NCBI GenBank assembly: GCA_032718475.1
Contig: JAUCBJ010001075.1
Span: 829 to 64,828, forward strand
Direction: 5' to 3'
From: Nemertoderma westbladi
Lineage: Eukaryota; Animalia; Xenacoelomorpha
DNA: 64,000 nt
Of this stretch, positions 23,330-35,926 are shown piece by piece. The notes beneath the pieces are model-generated. The model did not search any database. It saw nothing but the letters and a program-made list of their open reading frames with translations, and was not told the DNA's origin. The position numbers and the translations under genes are program-made. Position 1 is the stretch's first letter. The number at the start of each line of letters is the position of its first letter.

Positions 23330-25571
23330 GTAGATAGATAGATAGATTTATTTATACATTATGTAAAAACAATAACAAATACACCAAACAATGTACCGGT
23401 ATAAAGGTATTGTCCAACATAACATATAGGATTACCCCTAAAGCTTTGCAGCTTATTTCCAAGGGGGTCCTTTATGTTACTTGGTTACAAATACAATATT
23501 ACACTACGCTAACCTAAAACCAATATAAAACGTAATTACACTATGTACATGTACAACTTTACCGAGAGCGTGACAATGTCCGACTCAACGATAAAGATGT
23601 AATGTACAGAACAATTTATTATAAAACGTAATTACAGTATAAATAGTAAATAATTAATAAACTAATAACTTACTGTAGGACTATTGTACCTATTTTTACA
23701 TTGCACACGGAGATGAGATTTAACTGCAGATTTAAAAGAATGTTGATTATTTAGGTTTTTAATTTCATTTGGCAGAGCGTTCCAATTTTTTATGCCGTTA
23801 AAAAAGAAAGTATCAGATTCAAAGGATTTACAATTCGGGAGGTAGAAGTTTGAAGCACTAGCTCTGGTACTGTAAGAGTGTGTATCGCGTACTCTGTTGA
23901 ATTTTTGTTTTAGGTAATTGGGACATTTACCATTATACACTTTATGCACATGGTTAAGGCGTAGCTGCTTAACTCTACTATCTAAGTTAAGTAGTCCAGA
24001 TTCAGAAAAGTCATCTGGAGTTAGGTGGTGCCTAGGTTTGTAGTCTTTAATAAATCGTACTACTTTATTCTGAGCTACTTGTAATTTACATTTAAGCTGT
24101 TTGGTTAAGCCTTCATACCAAGAAGAGCACGCATAGTCCATGTGACACTGTATTAAAGAAGAGCAAAGTAACTTGCGGGAGTCGGTGTTTAAACTATTTT
24201 TATTTCTGTATAGAAACCTAAGCCTACTGTTAACTTTCGAGAAAATATTTTTCACTGTACTTTCTCCTGATAAGCAGTTATCCAATGTGGCGCCTAAATA
24301 TTTAACTTCCTTTTTATTTTCAATCTTATGTCCATTACTAGTGACTTCAAACTTAGTTACCTTCTTTAACTTTCTTTTGGAACCAAACAAAATACTTTCA
24401 GTTTTACCGTAGTGAATGGATAGCTTATTATCAACCAACCACTCATTACAGGATTCTAGAACTGCACTTAACTTTTGGGAAATATGGATAGGATCTTTAT
24501 GAGAGAAAATAAGAGCACTGTCATCGGCATATAAAATGAGTTTAAAATCGGGATCTATACTACTTATCATATCATTTACATAGCATACAAAAAGCAGAGG
24601 ACCTAATATACTACCTTGCGGTACACCACAGGTAATCTCTTGTACAGTAGACAGCGATTTGCTAATGACTACAGTTTGACCTCTGTCTGACAGGTAGGAC
24701 TTGAACCAGTCTATAGAACCTACACCCATCAGGCCTAACTTACCAAGCAGAATTTCGTGATCTACAGTATCGAAAGCCTTTTGTAGGTCCAACATCACCA
24801 TACCAGTATATAAAAACCCTTTGCGTTATTATACATCTAATTGTATCAGTTAAGTTAATAAGGCAGGTGTCTGTAGAATATGATTTACGAAAACCGGACT
24901 GAAGTTCATAGATCAGATTTAGCCTACTAAGATGTGCCTCCAGCTGTAGAAAAACAGAACGTTCTAGAATTTTAGATACAATACTTAAGATACTAACAGG
25001 TCTGTAGTTACAGGGTTCTACTTTACTATTCTTTTTATACAGAGGAACAACCTTAGCTAATTTCAGTTCGTCTGGTACTACATTATCTACGATAGAGTAA
25101 TTAATAATAAAAGTAATAGGCACTTTAAGTACTTCAGCACCATCCTTAAGAAAACGGGCAGGTATTAGATCTAGACCGGTACTTTTTGAGGCTGATAGGC
25201 TAAGTAGATTTTTAAAAACGAAATCCTCAGAAACGGGTTTTAAAAATAACTTTTCTGAATTTTGTAACTTTTCTAAATAAAAATTATTTAGAGTTTCGGA
25301 CCCTATACTATATTTATTCCTTGATAACGGAAATTTCTTAACTAAATTAGAGGCAACATTAGTAAAATAATTATTAAATAAATTACTAACTAGAGTATGA
25401 TCATGAATCAGCTCACCGTTATCTTGCAGAACAATATTCGATTTAGATTTAAGGTTTTTATAACCTAAAGATTTTAGGGTAGACCATAGACTTTTTGGAT
25501 TATCTTTATTCTCACTTATTTTGTTGTACAAATATTCAGATTTCGCTTTTTTTATTTCCCGTTGGACAAGG
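23330..25571 (-). mobile_element. L2/CR1-group (Crack-like) LINE, 5' truncated
   Basis: ORF2 pieces 24740-25531 and 23662-24801: [65 protein letters not shown]. 3' UTR ends in AATAAA plus a (TCTA)n tail at ~23330-23350. Confidence 0.92.
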
Positions 25572-25683
25572 TAGTGTTGTCTAGAGGAGGCTACGATACT
25601 TGAATACTTTTACAAAGATTTCAAGATTTTGGGGTCATTCAAGTATTAATTACCCTCATCAAAAATGAGGATTTTATGCCCTC

Positions 25684-25827
25684 CCCCCACCCCCTGGTCA
25701 TCATAGCTCAACTGCGACTGCGAACCCCCCCACCCCCTGGTCATCATAGCTCAACTGCGACTGCGAACCCCCCCACCCCCTGGTCATCATAGCTCAACTG
25801 CGACTGCGAACCCCCCCACCCCCTGGC
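25684..25827. repeat. 43-bp tandem repeat (~3.3 copies)
   Basis: CCCCCCACCCCCTGGTCATCATAGCTCAACTGCGACTGCGAAC repeated. Confidence 0.9.
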
Positions 25828-26377
25828 CATCAGAAAAAGGTTTTTTATTGGCATGGAATAGTGTGGAATACGTTCAGGGTAGGCCTATAATTCTACGGTT
25901 TTGGAGATTACATGAGTTGGAATTAGGTGTGAATAATCAGTGTGTTTTGTTTACATCGTGTAGACAGTAAAATAGAGTTTTACTGTAGTGATTACTTCGA
26001 AGTTGTAGTGGCACTTAAATTTATTTAGGATAGAAATAGAACACTACGCACTACGAGCGTAGTGGCACTTCGCTGTAGCGAAGTGTAGTATGGCACTTCG
26101 CTGTAGCGAAGTGTAGTATTTAGTATACGCCCCACTGATACTCAATAATTTCGCAAATGGTTTATTTATATCAATTGAAAGAGAAGGATTCTTGTGCGTC
26201 TGTTTGACACTACAATTAATTAAATTCATGAAGAGGAAAACGTTTACAGTTTAAGTACAAAATGTTCCTACATGCTTAAAAATAAGCCAAGTAAATAGTT
26301 GAAATTGGGACATTTACATACACAACACTATTGCAATCAAACAGGGAATAATATTTTACTAAAAAACTAAAGTAAAC

Positions 26378-26884
26378 TCAGGACTTTAAGTTACTGATTT
26401 TATTTCCCAGACGTTTTTTTCTCGTTTTATTTTTCTTCTTCTTAACCTTCGCTCGCGTTGTCGTCTCTATATTTCTTCCGAAATATTCTCTTTCGAAAGA
26501 ATTAAAATCCTCATCAGTAAACACTGACGTGGTGACGTCACTACCACCTAGTATCAACCGATCCTTCGATAAACAGCTCCGATGGCATTCCAACACCTTA
26601 TCCACGGAAACCGCGCTTCGAGTAATCTCGTCTAGTTTCGATTGACTTTTCAGTATTGAAATATTTCTATTCGTATAATCCGGTTTCAGATTCTTTTCAA
26701 ATTTATCTAATGCGGATTGTAATTTAATATGTTTTAATCGTTGTTGTTTATCACTTTGATTATAATGTCGAGGACGTTTCCCAATTCCTTTCAGCCGCGA
26801 ACTGGTACCGGTAGATACCCATACCGGTACCGGTATGGGTATAGTCTTACTCTTAGCCATAGTATGCTTAGTCTTCGATTCCAT
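26378..26884 (-). CDS. RPS19BP1: Active regulator of SIRT1 / 40S ribosomal protein S19-binding protein 1-like (AROS)
   Basis: SALDKFEK..DYTNRNISIL..SVDKVLECHRSCLSKDR..SVFTDEDFNSFEREYFG parallels the AROS motifs as I recall them (SALDEYRK..DHLRVNLKFL..TVFTEEDFQKFQQEYFG); basic protein of similar size. Confidence 0.72.
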   Translation of the reverse strand: MESKTKHTMAKSKTIPIPVPVWVSTGTSSRLKGIGKRPRHYNQSDKQQRLKHIKLQSALDKFEKNLKPDYTNRNISILKSQSKLDEITRSAVSVDKVLECHRSCLSKDRLILGGSDVTTSVFTDEDFNSFEREYFGRNIETTTRAKVKKKKNKTRKKRLGNKISNLKS

Positions 26885-27770
26885 ATTATTTATAAATTAA
26901 GTAGGCCTATGTTATTTTTAATATATTTATTGATAAATTTATAAAGAATGGATAGGATAGCAATAATTCATTGACAGATTGATACCTCTGCCAAAAACAG
27001 TGGCAGAGTCCAGAGTGGGATATAATTGTTGTTATTGCATATTGCTGTATTGTTAGGCCTAATGCAGTAATAATAAAATAATGTCTTTCAGGCGGTATGC
27101 TACAGTAAATTACCCTACTGAAATAGTAACACACGGTCACACAGAAAGCACCTACAGACCTACCCAGCTACCCCCTGACCCCTGCTGCCCTGTACCCTAC
27201 AGTCACTAACGTCTCACTGTAGACAGGTAGACATTCCACATTCAGGGGTTCTCGGACCTCGTTCAGTCGCTGGCTCGATGCCTCGGGAACTAACGACACG
27301 GTCTCGCCCTCGCTGGCTATAATTACTGTACTTTGGGTGTTTGGGGGCCGGACCGTCTTTTTATATAGGCCTATAGGCCTACCGGTACAGTATACTAGTA
27401 TACTACTGTACTACGTACAGACGTACTAGTATACTACAGTACTAGTATACTATATAGGCCTACTGGTATATAATAACTATATATACCAATTGAGGGAAAG
27501 GAACAGGTTACCGAGGCAGGGTTCTCTAACCAAAACAATAAACAAACACTTTACCAATTGAGGGAAACCGTGGCCATCAGGTCATTCTGTCATTGGTCAG
27601 TCGGTCAGCAGTCAAGTCACATGGTCAGACAATCAGTAGTCACTCTATAACCACCATAACTGTATAACCAAAAACCACACAGTCAGGTCACATAGCAATT
27701 ATAAACTACTGAACTCTGGAACAAATTAGTCTGTTTAGATAGATAAATAGATTTATAAGCCTCTACATTA

Positions 27771-27990
27771 GGGTAAATATTTTCGACCTACGCCTAGCTA
27801 CGCGTAGTTCAACACATTGGGTCATATATCAATAGTTGTAGAGTTTTAACATTAACTACGCGTAGTTCTAAAGCAGCCTACGCGTAGGTCTAACGCAAAC
27901 TACGCGTAGGTCTAACGCAAACTACGCATAGGTCATACGCAAACTACGCGTAGGTCTGTAGGTGCTAGGCAAACTAAGCGCAAGTGCTAC
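27771..27990. mobile_element. Terminal fragment of the CTACGCGTAG MITE family
   Basis: GGGTAAATATTTTCGACCTACGC... matches the reverse complement of the right end of 34825-35926. Confidence 0.75.
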
Positions 27991-28104
27991 TCATACAGTA
28001 TATCTACGCGTATACAACGTTTATCATTAATACATATTCCAAGCGGTTCAGTATCAGTACTACAGTAAAATAAGTCTCCAGCAGAATTGTTCTTTTCATT
28101 AACT

Positions 28105-28814
28105 CGAAAAAGACCAAAATTTTGAGAGTTAACTTTGAAAGTCGTCACCAAGTATCTGACCGGATGAGCATATAAGCTCAAATGATGGCATGGTTGTGCA
28201 TGTGGACGACTTCTGTTACCTGGAATCATGGATCCGGAAGTCAGGTGAGGACCTTCGAATACGCAAGGGAAAGCATGGGCAGCCTTGAACGGGCTTTCCA
28301 GGATTTGGAAGTCATATAGAATTCATCGGAAACTTAAGGTCCGATTATTTAGAGCAGCAGTAGTTCCAGTACTCCTCTATGGGAGTCCATGCAGGGCTCT
28401 AACTGTTGAGGACACCAAATCTCTGGATGGCACATTCACAAGAATGCTACGCCGGGTCCACTGTGTCAAGTACAAAGCACACATCTCTAACCAGACACTA
28501 TATAACATTGGAGGGGTCACATTGGTTCCCCCGAGCTTGACACTAGAACAAAGCCGCCTCCGCTTTGCATGACATTGCTTTCGCCGTGAGGACCAGCCAG
28601 TGCATAATCTTATGCTTTGGCGGCCTCATGGAGTGAATAAGCATGATGGACAGCCCATGACTTTCTTGAGACGCATCTTAAAGGACCTGGCCTTGAAGAT
28701 GCGGATGATCTAGCAAATGTCATGGGTGATAGGGTCGGCAAGTCGGCACAGCATTTTTAATACAGTATATATGTAATAATGCAGATGCAATGCAGTATGC
28801 CGATCGTAGTAGTA
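28105..28814 (+). mobile_element. RTE LINE 3' fragment (family A)
   Basis: KLKVRLFRAAVVPVLLYGSP..RLRFA; short (TAG)n-like tail; homologous to 59011-59972. Confidence 0.88.
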
Positions 28815-30383
28815 TAATAAGTCAATATGTTCAATAGAGCACATGTAGTGTTAGTGTACACCCATCAATAATGCTTTAAACAGAAAATTTCCACTTACTG
28901 TACCTGTATACTCCCTGCAGTAGTATGCGCTACCGGTACTACATATTCTTCACTTCATGTTTATCGCCTCGCCACTATACGGCCTCCCCCATTATTGCTT
29001 TCCATCCAGCCTCCCCCATTATTGCTTTCGTCATATTTCCATATCCTGCCAGCCCATTATTACATTCCATGGCATTTACAGTACCTACTCTCACTCTCGT
29101 TCACCGCAAATTAATTATCCTTGCTTGATAAGCTTGCTGGAAACTGAGTTCATTGTACGCGCTTTTGAAGACCTTTAGCAGTTTAACCTGCCAAAATTTA
29201 TATGTCTTTGGTTTATAAATAGACTTTAGAAGATGACAAATATTTAATACCAATAAACACAACATTAGCAGAAGCCAGCCTAGTGCGCGTCCATTCACCC
29301 GCTGGATATACCCGGGAGACTGGATTCTGAGGGCTTAGATTATTATTGCAGTGTAAGCTTACTGTACTGTATTATTCGATTGATCGTTAATAAATAATTT
29401 CTGACTAATATTATTCACTTTCGGGAAATATTAACAGTTCCTTTAAGACGTGGCGCTCTATCTAGGTAAACAGAGATATGACTTATACTAATCACAACGG
29501 TAAGTCGGTAAGGCTTATGATTCACGTATGAGGCGCATTCTTTAGGAAATGCTTAGTTATCAGTCACAATCATGCACACTACCGATAACACACAATACTG
29601 CTCACTAATTTGCCGACCGTCAATGAATTTTATCATATATAAAGAGAACAGCAATGGACTCTTGTAGTGCTTATCAAATAGCATTAAATTCACTACAAAC
29701 CACAATAATATAAGTCGCAATCGCTATATATAACCCTTCTCTCTAACCTGTAGTGTATCAAGAAAATTGGGAAATTTGGGTTCTTTATAAATGTTCTCCA
29801 AATAATAATATTCAACCAAAACACAACAGTAAATAGCATTAAGACGGTAGGTTAAGATGGTAACACCGTTTGACTGGACCGATAACAGTTATACGCTCTA
29901 TAATCTTAAGCCTACTAATGTTTCTTCTAAAGTCTGAAACGAATTGACTCTAGAGCCGGTGTTCCTGGCCTAGATAGAAGGAACACAACAGTATCAAGAA
30001 AAAACAGCTACTGTCCCTAACACCGTTGCAGGTATCTTTTACACAGAGAGGAATAGCTCTCATTGGCAGAACACCAGATTCCACAAGTTCCACGAATATC
30101 TAAATGCCGAACTATCAGGAATTTTGCAACCCTTGGCCAACACACAAAATGAGTCACTCCGCTCGGTTGTCCTGGTTGCATACTCTGCTGCTATAGCTCT
30201 GGTTGGCCGATAGAACATAGTAAAAAGCCCCTCGTATAACAAATCAGCCAATCAGCTGGTCGCTTTGCATCATTCGAGTTAGAGAGCTTTTTAGAGTATT
30301 CCAGCGCCTGGGGGGAAACTGGATTGCAAAGCAAAAGGGCCAGTTATATCCCACAGAAGCTTTTACATTCATTGTTTATGCTC

Positions 30384-30415
<32 letters not shown>

Positions 30416-30495
30416 TGTGGGGGGGGGCTCCGATTTGCTAAAAATGCTTGTTGTATTAATGGAGATGGATGGTGTATACCAGTGACACTGATTTA

Positions 30496-31138
30496 CACCA
30501 TGTCCTGGAAAATAGTGTCGTAATTGACCCCCTCAGAATTTTTCTACAAATCTTAATGAGATTTAAAATTTGAATTGAAACTGAAATTTGAAACAGCGAG
30601 TTATTTTCAAATCCCTCCTCAGTTACTGGGTGAGCCATAACGTGTATTTTTGCTTTCACTTCTTTATAGCTACAAACGTTTTTTATTCTATTTAATAAAT
30701 ACACCATAATCTGGAATATTTTGTTTATCTCATATGGTACATAGCTGGGCAACAATTCAATACCTCTACTACTGTAGTACGTTGGGCCTAGATATTCGTA
30801 CACGCACAAAACATTCCAAAATAAAGTGCCAGAGACTAAGAGCTAAAGACAAAAATGCAGTACGACTGGTGCAACTTTTTTTCAAACGCTAGTAGCTAAA
30901 CAACGAAAGCAAAAATACAAATTCTGGTTCACCCAAGGAGGAGGCATGTGAAAATACTATTTATAATATACTGTAATATTCATATTACATTACATACCAT
31001 TCATACTGTATACATACCATACTATACACACACTATATAATATTCATGAAATTTCAATTCAATGAAATTTCTAGAAATATTCTGGGGAGGGAGGGGTCCA
31101 TGTCACTGAATTGCGACACTATATTCCAGGACATGGTG
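30496..31138. mobile_element. MITE with ~30-bp TIRs and TA flanks (Tc1/mariner-type)
   Basis: TA|CACCATGTCCTGGAAAATAGTGTCG ... CGACACTATATTCCAGGACATGGTG|TA. Confidence 0.7.
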
Positions 31139-32044
31139 TAATACAGTAGACATATCAACCAATTAAGGATATTAATGAACGAACAATAATTGCACAAACA
31201 TAATATGCCAATTAAGATCTCATTAAGAGCACAGACACCGTCGTTATCTATACTGGGTCGCGTCTGGTCCCACGAGACTGAGGCAGAAAGGTCGCCGCTT
31301 TAGGTCCCACAGCCACCGCGAAATGTCGCAAGTGCATTATCGGTCCCAGGAGATACAGTAAGGGTGGGGGGTAACCAAACCAACTTAGTAGTTCCCAAAA
31401 CAGACCCGTTATACTGTACTGTGTCATGAACTATTTTATAATTAAATAACAATAAATTAATTAATAACACCAACAATCAAACTGCTAACCCAATTGTATT
31501 TCGTGAAAGATCTTACGTAACATTTAGTGGAATTTTATTAAATTTCCGAGCACTTACGAAAAATCCGTCACAATTAAAATAAATTATATTGTGATCATTA
31601 ATAAAACACGAAGTGGGGCCTTCGCGCAGCACATGACATAAACTTATATCAAGTGTCAACTCGTAAGAATTATAAGCAAAATATAAGCAGATGTCACTTC
31701 ACCATCTTGCGGCCCTCTAGAGCGGCAGACTGGCGAACTGTGGACTGATCACCTTCTTTATAAACCCAACATGTGGGATAGTACCGGTACATATATGCAA
31801 AGATTCAGCTTAAACGAAATAAAACCACGGAATTGGGAAAAGGATTTCACTTTCAGATATTTCGCCCTCTAGCGGCAGACTGGAGAGCTGCTAGTTATTA
31901 ACATGTCAAAACGGTAAGAACGACGACATCAATTTGCCATTATTGACCAACCCCCAAACAGTGTCAGTTCGCTATGGCTCCTCCAACTTCGTGGCTCTCC
32001 CCACAATATAATTACAAGGTAGGCCTAAACAACATTGCGTGGAA

Positions 32045-32233
32045 CTATTTATTTCGTTTTAACGTCCTTTGTTTCTCTCCGTGCTCCACTAGTTTTTCTT
32101 CCACAGACAGACCTTTCCTTCGTCTCACTGAGTCCCGATATCTTGCTGCCTGGTTCTCACTGTCTGCCTTCTCTCCGAAGTGCCGCAGTTCCTCGTCTGT
32201 TGTAGGCACCCAGTACGGGTCACTCTCTATGGT
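32045..32233 (-). CDS. EFL1: Elongation factor-like GTPase 1, last coding exon
   Basis: Acceptor ttttcttcag; [53 protein letters not shown], the conserved EFL1/Ria1 C-terminus. Confidence 0.93.
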   Translation of the reverse strand, partial: TIESDPYWVPTTDEELRHFGEKADSENQAARYRDSVRRRKGLSVEEKLVEHGEKQRTLKRNK

Positions 32234-32667
32234 CTGAAGAAAAAAGTATTATTATTAATTACGGTATTTGAAGCGAATCAGTGGTTTCACATTGCAACTT
32301 TCGTTGGGCACAGTTGATCAAATACGAATGTTTGTACATTGGGGTTGATTATTATAGTCGCTGTAGATGATTGGTATTGGGCATTTAGAAGGCGATGAGG
32401 ACGTAAATGGCAGGCATACAACGTAATAGGTCCGTCCACATTTTATGTGAGAAATTGTTAGAACGCCAGACTTCGGACAACCCGGAGGTCACCAAACACC
32501 CACTACTTTCCTTTCCCTTTCCTTTCTTAATGTTACGTCGTACTATTGCCAAAATGCGACTGCTCGCAGAAAATAATGTGTTACATATTAGACACATCAA
32601 AAACTAATAATTAGCTTACCTCCCGCACCCTGATTCTCGTGTTGTTATGTAAATGCAGCTTACTTAC

Positions 32668-32852
32668 CTCCCAATGCGTAAATTCAAGTTGAGGATTTGC
32701 TAATCCACTAGTCCGTTTTCTTATTTCGTCAGCGAAACCTAAACTTTCTGCAACGGGTAAGATTGCAGAGATATTGAAAATAGAAGACCCATCCAGCATC
32801 GTGTCGCTAAGGATACGCCCTTGGCGCTTGTTCAATACAGCGTAGAGTTTAC
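32668..32852 (-). CDS. EFL1: EFL1 exon (domain V)
   Basis: tctttag|..GAG|gtaagt; [44 protein letters not shown]; phases match neighbouring exons. Confidence 0.95.
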
Positions 32853-33224
32853 CTAAAGATAATGTAAGCATGTACCAATGTTACGAATGGAAAAAAATGT
32901 AGACTTTAGTTTTAGAGAAAAACATACGCATTGGACTCTAGGCCTAATGATTAATTAAAATATACAAACTGATTAGGGAAAAAAATAGGGGAGATATTTA
33001 CCCGCATCCAATCTGCGCCCGCTAATTACAAATTAATGGAGCAGGTTATCAGTGGCATGAAAAACAATAAACAGGTTACAGTTTCATAATCAGCTACACA
33101 AGAACTTAATTAAGTTGTAATTATTTATCGGGCGGAGATTGGACGATGGAGAGGAAGTTTCCACTAAAATGCCGTCACATTTATAAACGGATTATTTCTG
33201 AATTTCTACCAAAGCGAGACTCAC

Positions 33225-33393
33225 CCAAAACATCCGCGGTAGCTTGAATGTTACAAGTGTACATTGCTGCGACTAGTCGCAGCGGTTGAGCTTGCATACA
33301 TCTACGACAACATTCCTTTACTGTTGATATAAGTTGCCCTGACAACATACCCAAATCAACATGAGTTGAGATTTTCTCGGTTTTATTATTGTC
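33225..33393 (-). CDS. EFL1: EFL1 exon
   Basis: tttctag|GAC..TTG G|gtgagt; [43 protein letters not shown]. Confidence 0.93.
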
Positions 33394-33542
33394 CTAGAAA
33401 CACAATAAAAACAAACAAACTGTGTAGGAAATAAATACCGTAGAAACATGAAAAACTTCATCAGTAAAACTGAAAGTAATATATCTTATCGTTGAGTCGG
33501 AGTATTGCCTCGCTCTCCGTAAAGTTGTACGAGTTTCATTAC

Positions 33543-33729
33543 ATTTTATATTGGTTTTAGGTTAGCGTAGTGAAATATTGTATTTGTAACCAAGTAACAC
33601 AAAGGGACCCCCTTGGAAATAAGCTGCAAAGCTTTAGGGGTAATCCTATATGTTATGTTGAGCAATACCTTTATATATTGTTTGGTGTATTTGTTATTGT
33701 TTTTAAATAGTGTATAAATAAATCTATCT
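33543..33729 (+). mobile_element. 3' UTR fragment of the same L2/Crack-like LINE as 23330-25571
   Basis: GGACCCCCTTGGAAATAAGCTGCAAAGCTTTAGGGGTAATCC...AATAAATCTATCT is the reverse complement of ~23345-23530. Confidence 0.85.
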
Positions 33730-34120
33730 TGCCATCTCAGCGATAACGAGCAGTTACTGATTGGTTGGTTACATGGATGGCAGTGAGTGGCCGCCTAACT
33801 ACGTAGTGTGGTATAGCACCGAATCGAAGCTCACTCAGGCAGGGCGCTGTTCGATTTTGTAATAATATTCGCAATATATTGCCCCCCCCCCCCCCCCCCC
33901 CCCCCTATTTGGAAAACGGGCATCCTCATAAGTTTTGACTCGCCACACACTGACACAGTCCAATCATGAATTACTGTAACTACTGTAGTGGTGAAAAATG
34001 GAAGGTACTTAAAGAGCAACACGACCGAACACAGTCGAACACACTCCAAAAACTGCCGAACACAATCGAACACAGTCGAAAATAGAAAGAGCGCAAAAAA
34101 TTACACAGGGTACCAACTTT

Positions 34121-34581
34121 TAGATAAAATAATCCACGCGTTGCTTTTCTATAAGTCAATTCCCGAAATTATTGAATAAAATTGTCGCGAAATTAGATAT
34201 TCATGTACCGGTAGCTACAGTATGTTGTACCGATACAGTACGTCATGTATGTACGGTAACTGGTGGTAGGCCTAACTTCCTAATTCAATCTTCAGCAATC
34301 AGTCCCAGCTCACTGCGCTGTTCCAGTACACAGTCAGTTACACGGGTTAGCTAAACCGCTCTTACTATATTTATGTGACAGGTACGGTACCCGGTAGGCT
34401 TCCCTACATAGTTTGTTGTACAGTACAACAGAACACAACAAATTAAGAATTTTTTGTTTCCAACCTACAGGTAGGCGACAAGCTGAACTGATAAGAAATG
34501 AATATTTAATTTCGCTACGATTTTATTGCATAATTTCGGGAATTTACTTATAGAAAAGCAACGCGTGGCTAATTTTATCTA
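34121..34581. mobile_element. MITE with ~75-bp imperfect TIRs
   Basis: TAGATAAAAT..CCACGCGTTGCTTTTCTATAAGT..TTCCCGAAATTAT is inverted at 34508-34581. Confidence 0.7.
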
Positions 34582-34824
34582 TTTCATATTTAATCTATTT
34601 TTAGTGGATTTGCGATGTTTTTTAGTGATACTACAGTCAGTATAAATGAATTACTGCATTTGTTGTATTTTTTAACGATTTTGGCATTAAATTTATTGAA
34701 AAACTCATTATTTTTTAGTGCGATATATGATAATTTCATTATTTTTAGTGAGTCGAGAAATAGTTGTAACTCTGTCAGTCTGTAACTGTAACTCTCGTAA
34801 ACAATTGTAAATCTGTCAATTTTG

Positions 34825-35926
34825 GGGTAAATCTTTTCGACCTACGCGTAGGCCTACGCGTAGCTACGCGTAGTTTGTAACTTCCATTCCTGTCATTTAC
34901 CGGTAGGGCCAGACTTACTGCCTTTTTAACAACTACGCGTAGGTGTTTTAAAACTACGCGTAGTTATTTTGGAACTACGCGTAGGTATTTTGAAACTACG
35001 CGTAGGTGCTACGCGTAGCAGTCCTGATAACAATGATTTTTCATTTCAGGTCCGGTAGGGTTGAGTTGTTAGGCAAGTATCGGTATATGCCAGGTATCTG
35101 ATTATCAGATAAATGTAATAACAGAATCGGAAACTCATATCTCTACATACAGCACTGGTAATAAATAATATTCGGCTCTTTCACATACAAACACAGAGGA
35201 TGAATAAAAAGTAAACTTAAAATTCACGTCTCATGATTCAAGTATCTTTGTTTCCATTGGATTATTTAAATATTGAACAGTAGTAAATAAAGCGACCAGT
35301 CTACCGGTGAAGAGGTTAAGCGAAAGCTGATAAATACTGCATATAATCAAATTGTTTGGTCAAATAACAAGTGCAACCAATCATGGTAGACAATTTAGTC
35401 TCCCCCTTCCCTTGTCAAGGGGTTAACATATTAAATACAGTATATCCTTGCCCTATCGTGAACAAAGGCAATAAAAAGCATAGAGAATCGATAAGAACCA
35501 TCGGCCTATTTCCTTTGTAAACTATTTTTGAACTCTAAACATTAATTATTAACACATTTTACCGCCCGCAACGCATGAAGTGAAGAATATGTAGTCTTCG
35601 CGTATTCCTCTATATAGAGTATACAGGTATAGGATACATTACTGTTGAAAGCATTTGATGGTTGTGGGTTGTTTATTGAACATACCGTATTGTGTCTTAT
35701 TTTAGTACTGACTCGCTTGGAATACGTAAGCCTACTAATGATAAACGACGTATAGGCATAGTTATGGGTAGCACCTATGCGTAGGTCGCGTAGGACCTAC
35801 GCGTAGCTACGCGTAGCACCTACGCGTAGTTATTGTTAAAACTCTGAAACTGGTGATATATGACCCAATGTTGCGAACTACGCGTAGCTACGCGTAGGCC
35901 TACGCGTAGGTCGAAAAGATTTACCC
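34825..35926. mobile_element. MITE with ~50-bp TIRs and multiple palindromic CTACGCGTAG motifs
   Basis: GGGTAAATCTTTTCGACCTACGCGTAGGCCTACGCGTAGCTACGCGTAGTT is exactly inverted at the right end; flanks CAATTTTG / AAATTTTG (8 bp, 1 mismatch). Confidence 0.85.

Larger units (their letters stand above)
23118..26138. mobile_element. Non-autonomous TIR element interrupted by a LINE
   Basis: GGCGTATACTAAATA (23120-23134) is inverted at 26117-26131; subterminal CACTTCG/CGAAGTG motifs occur at both ends. Confidence 0.6.
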
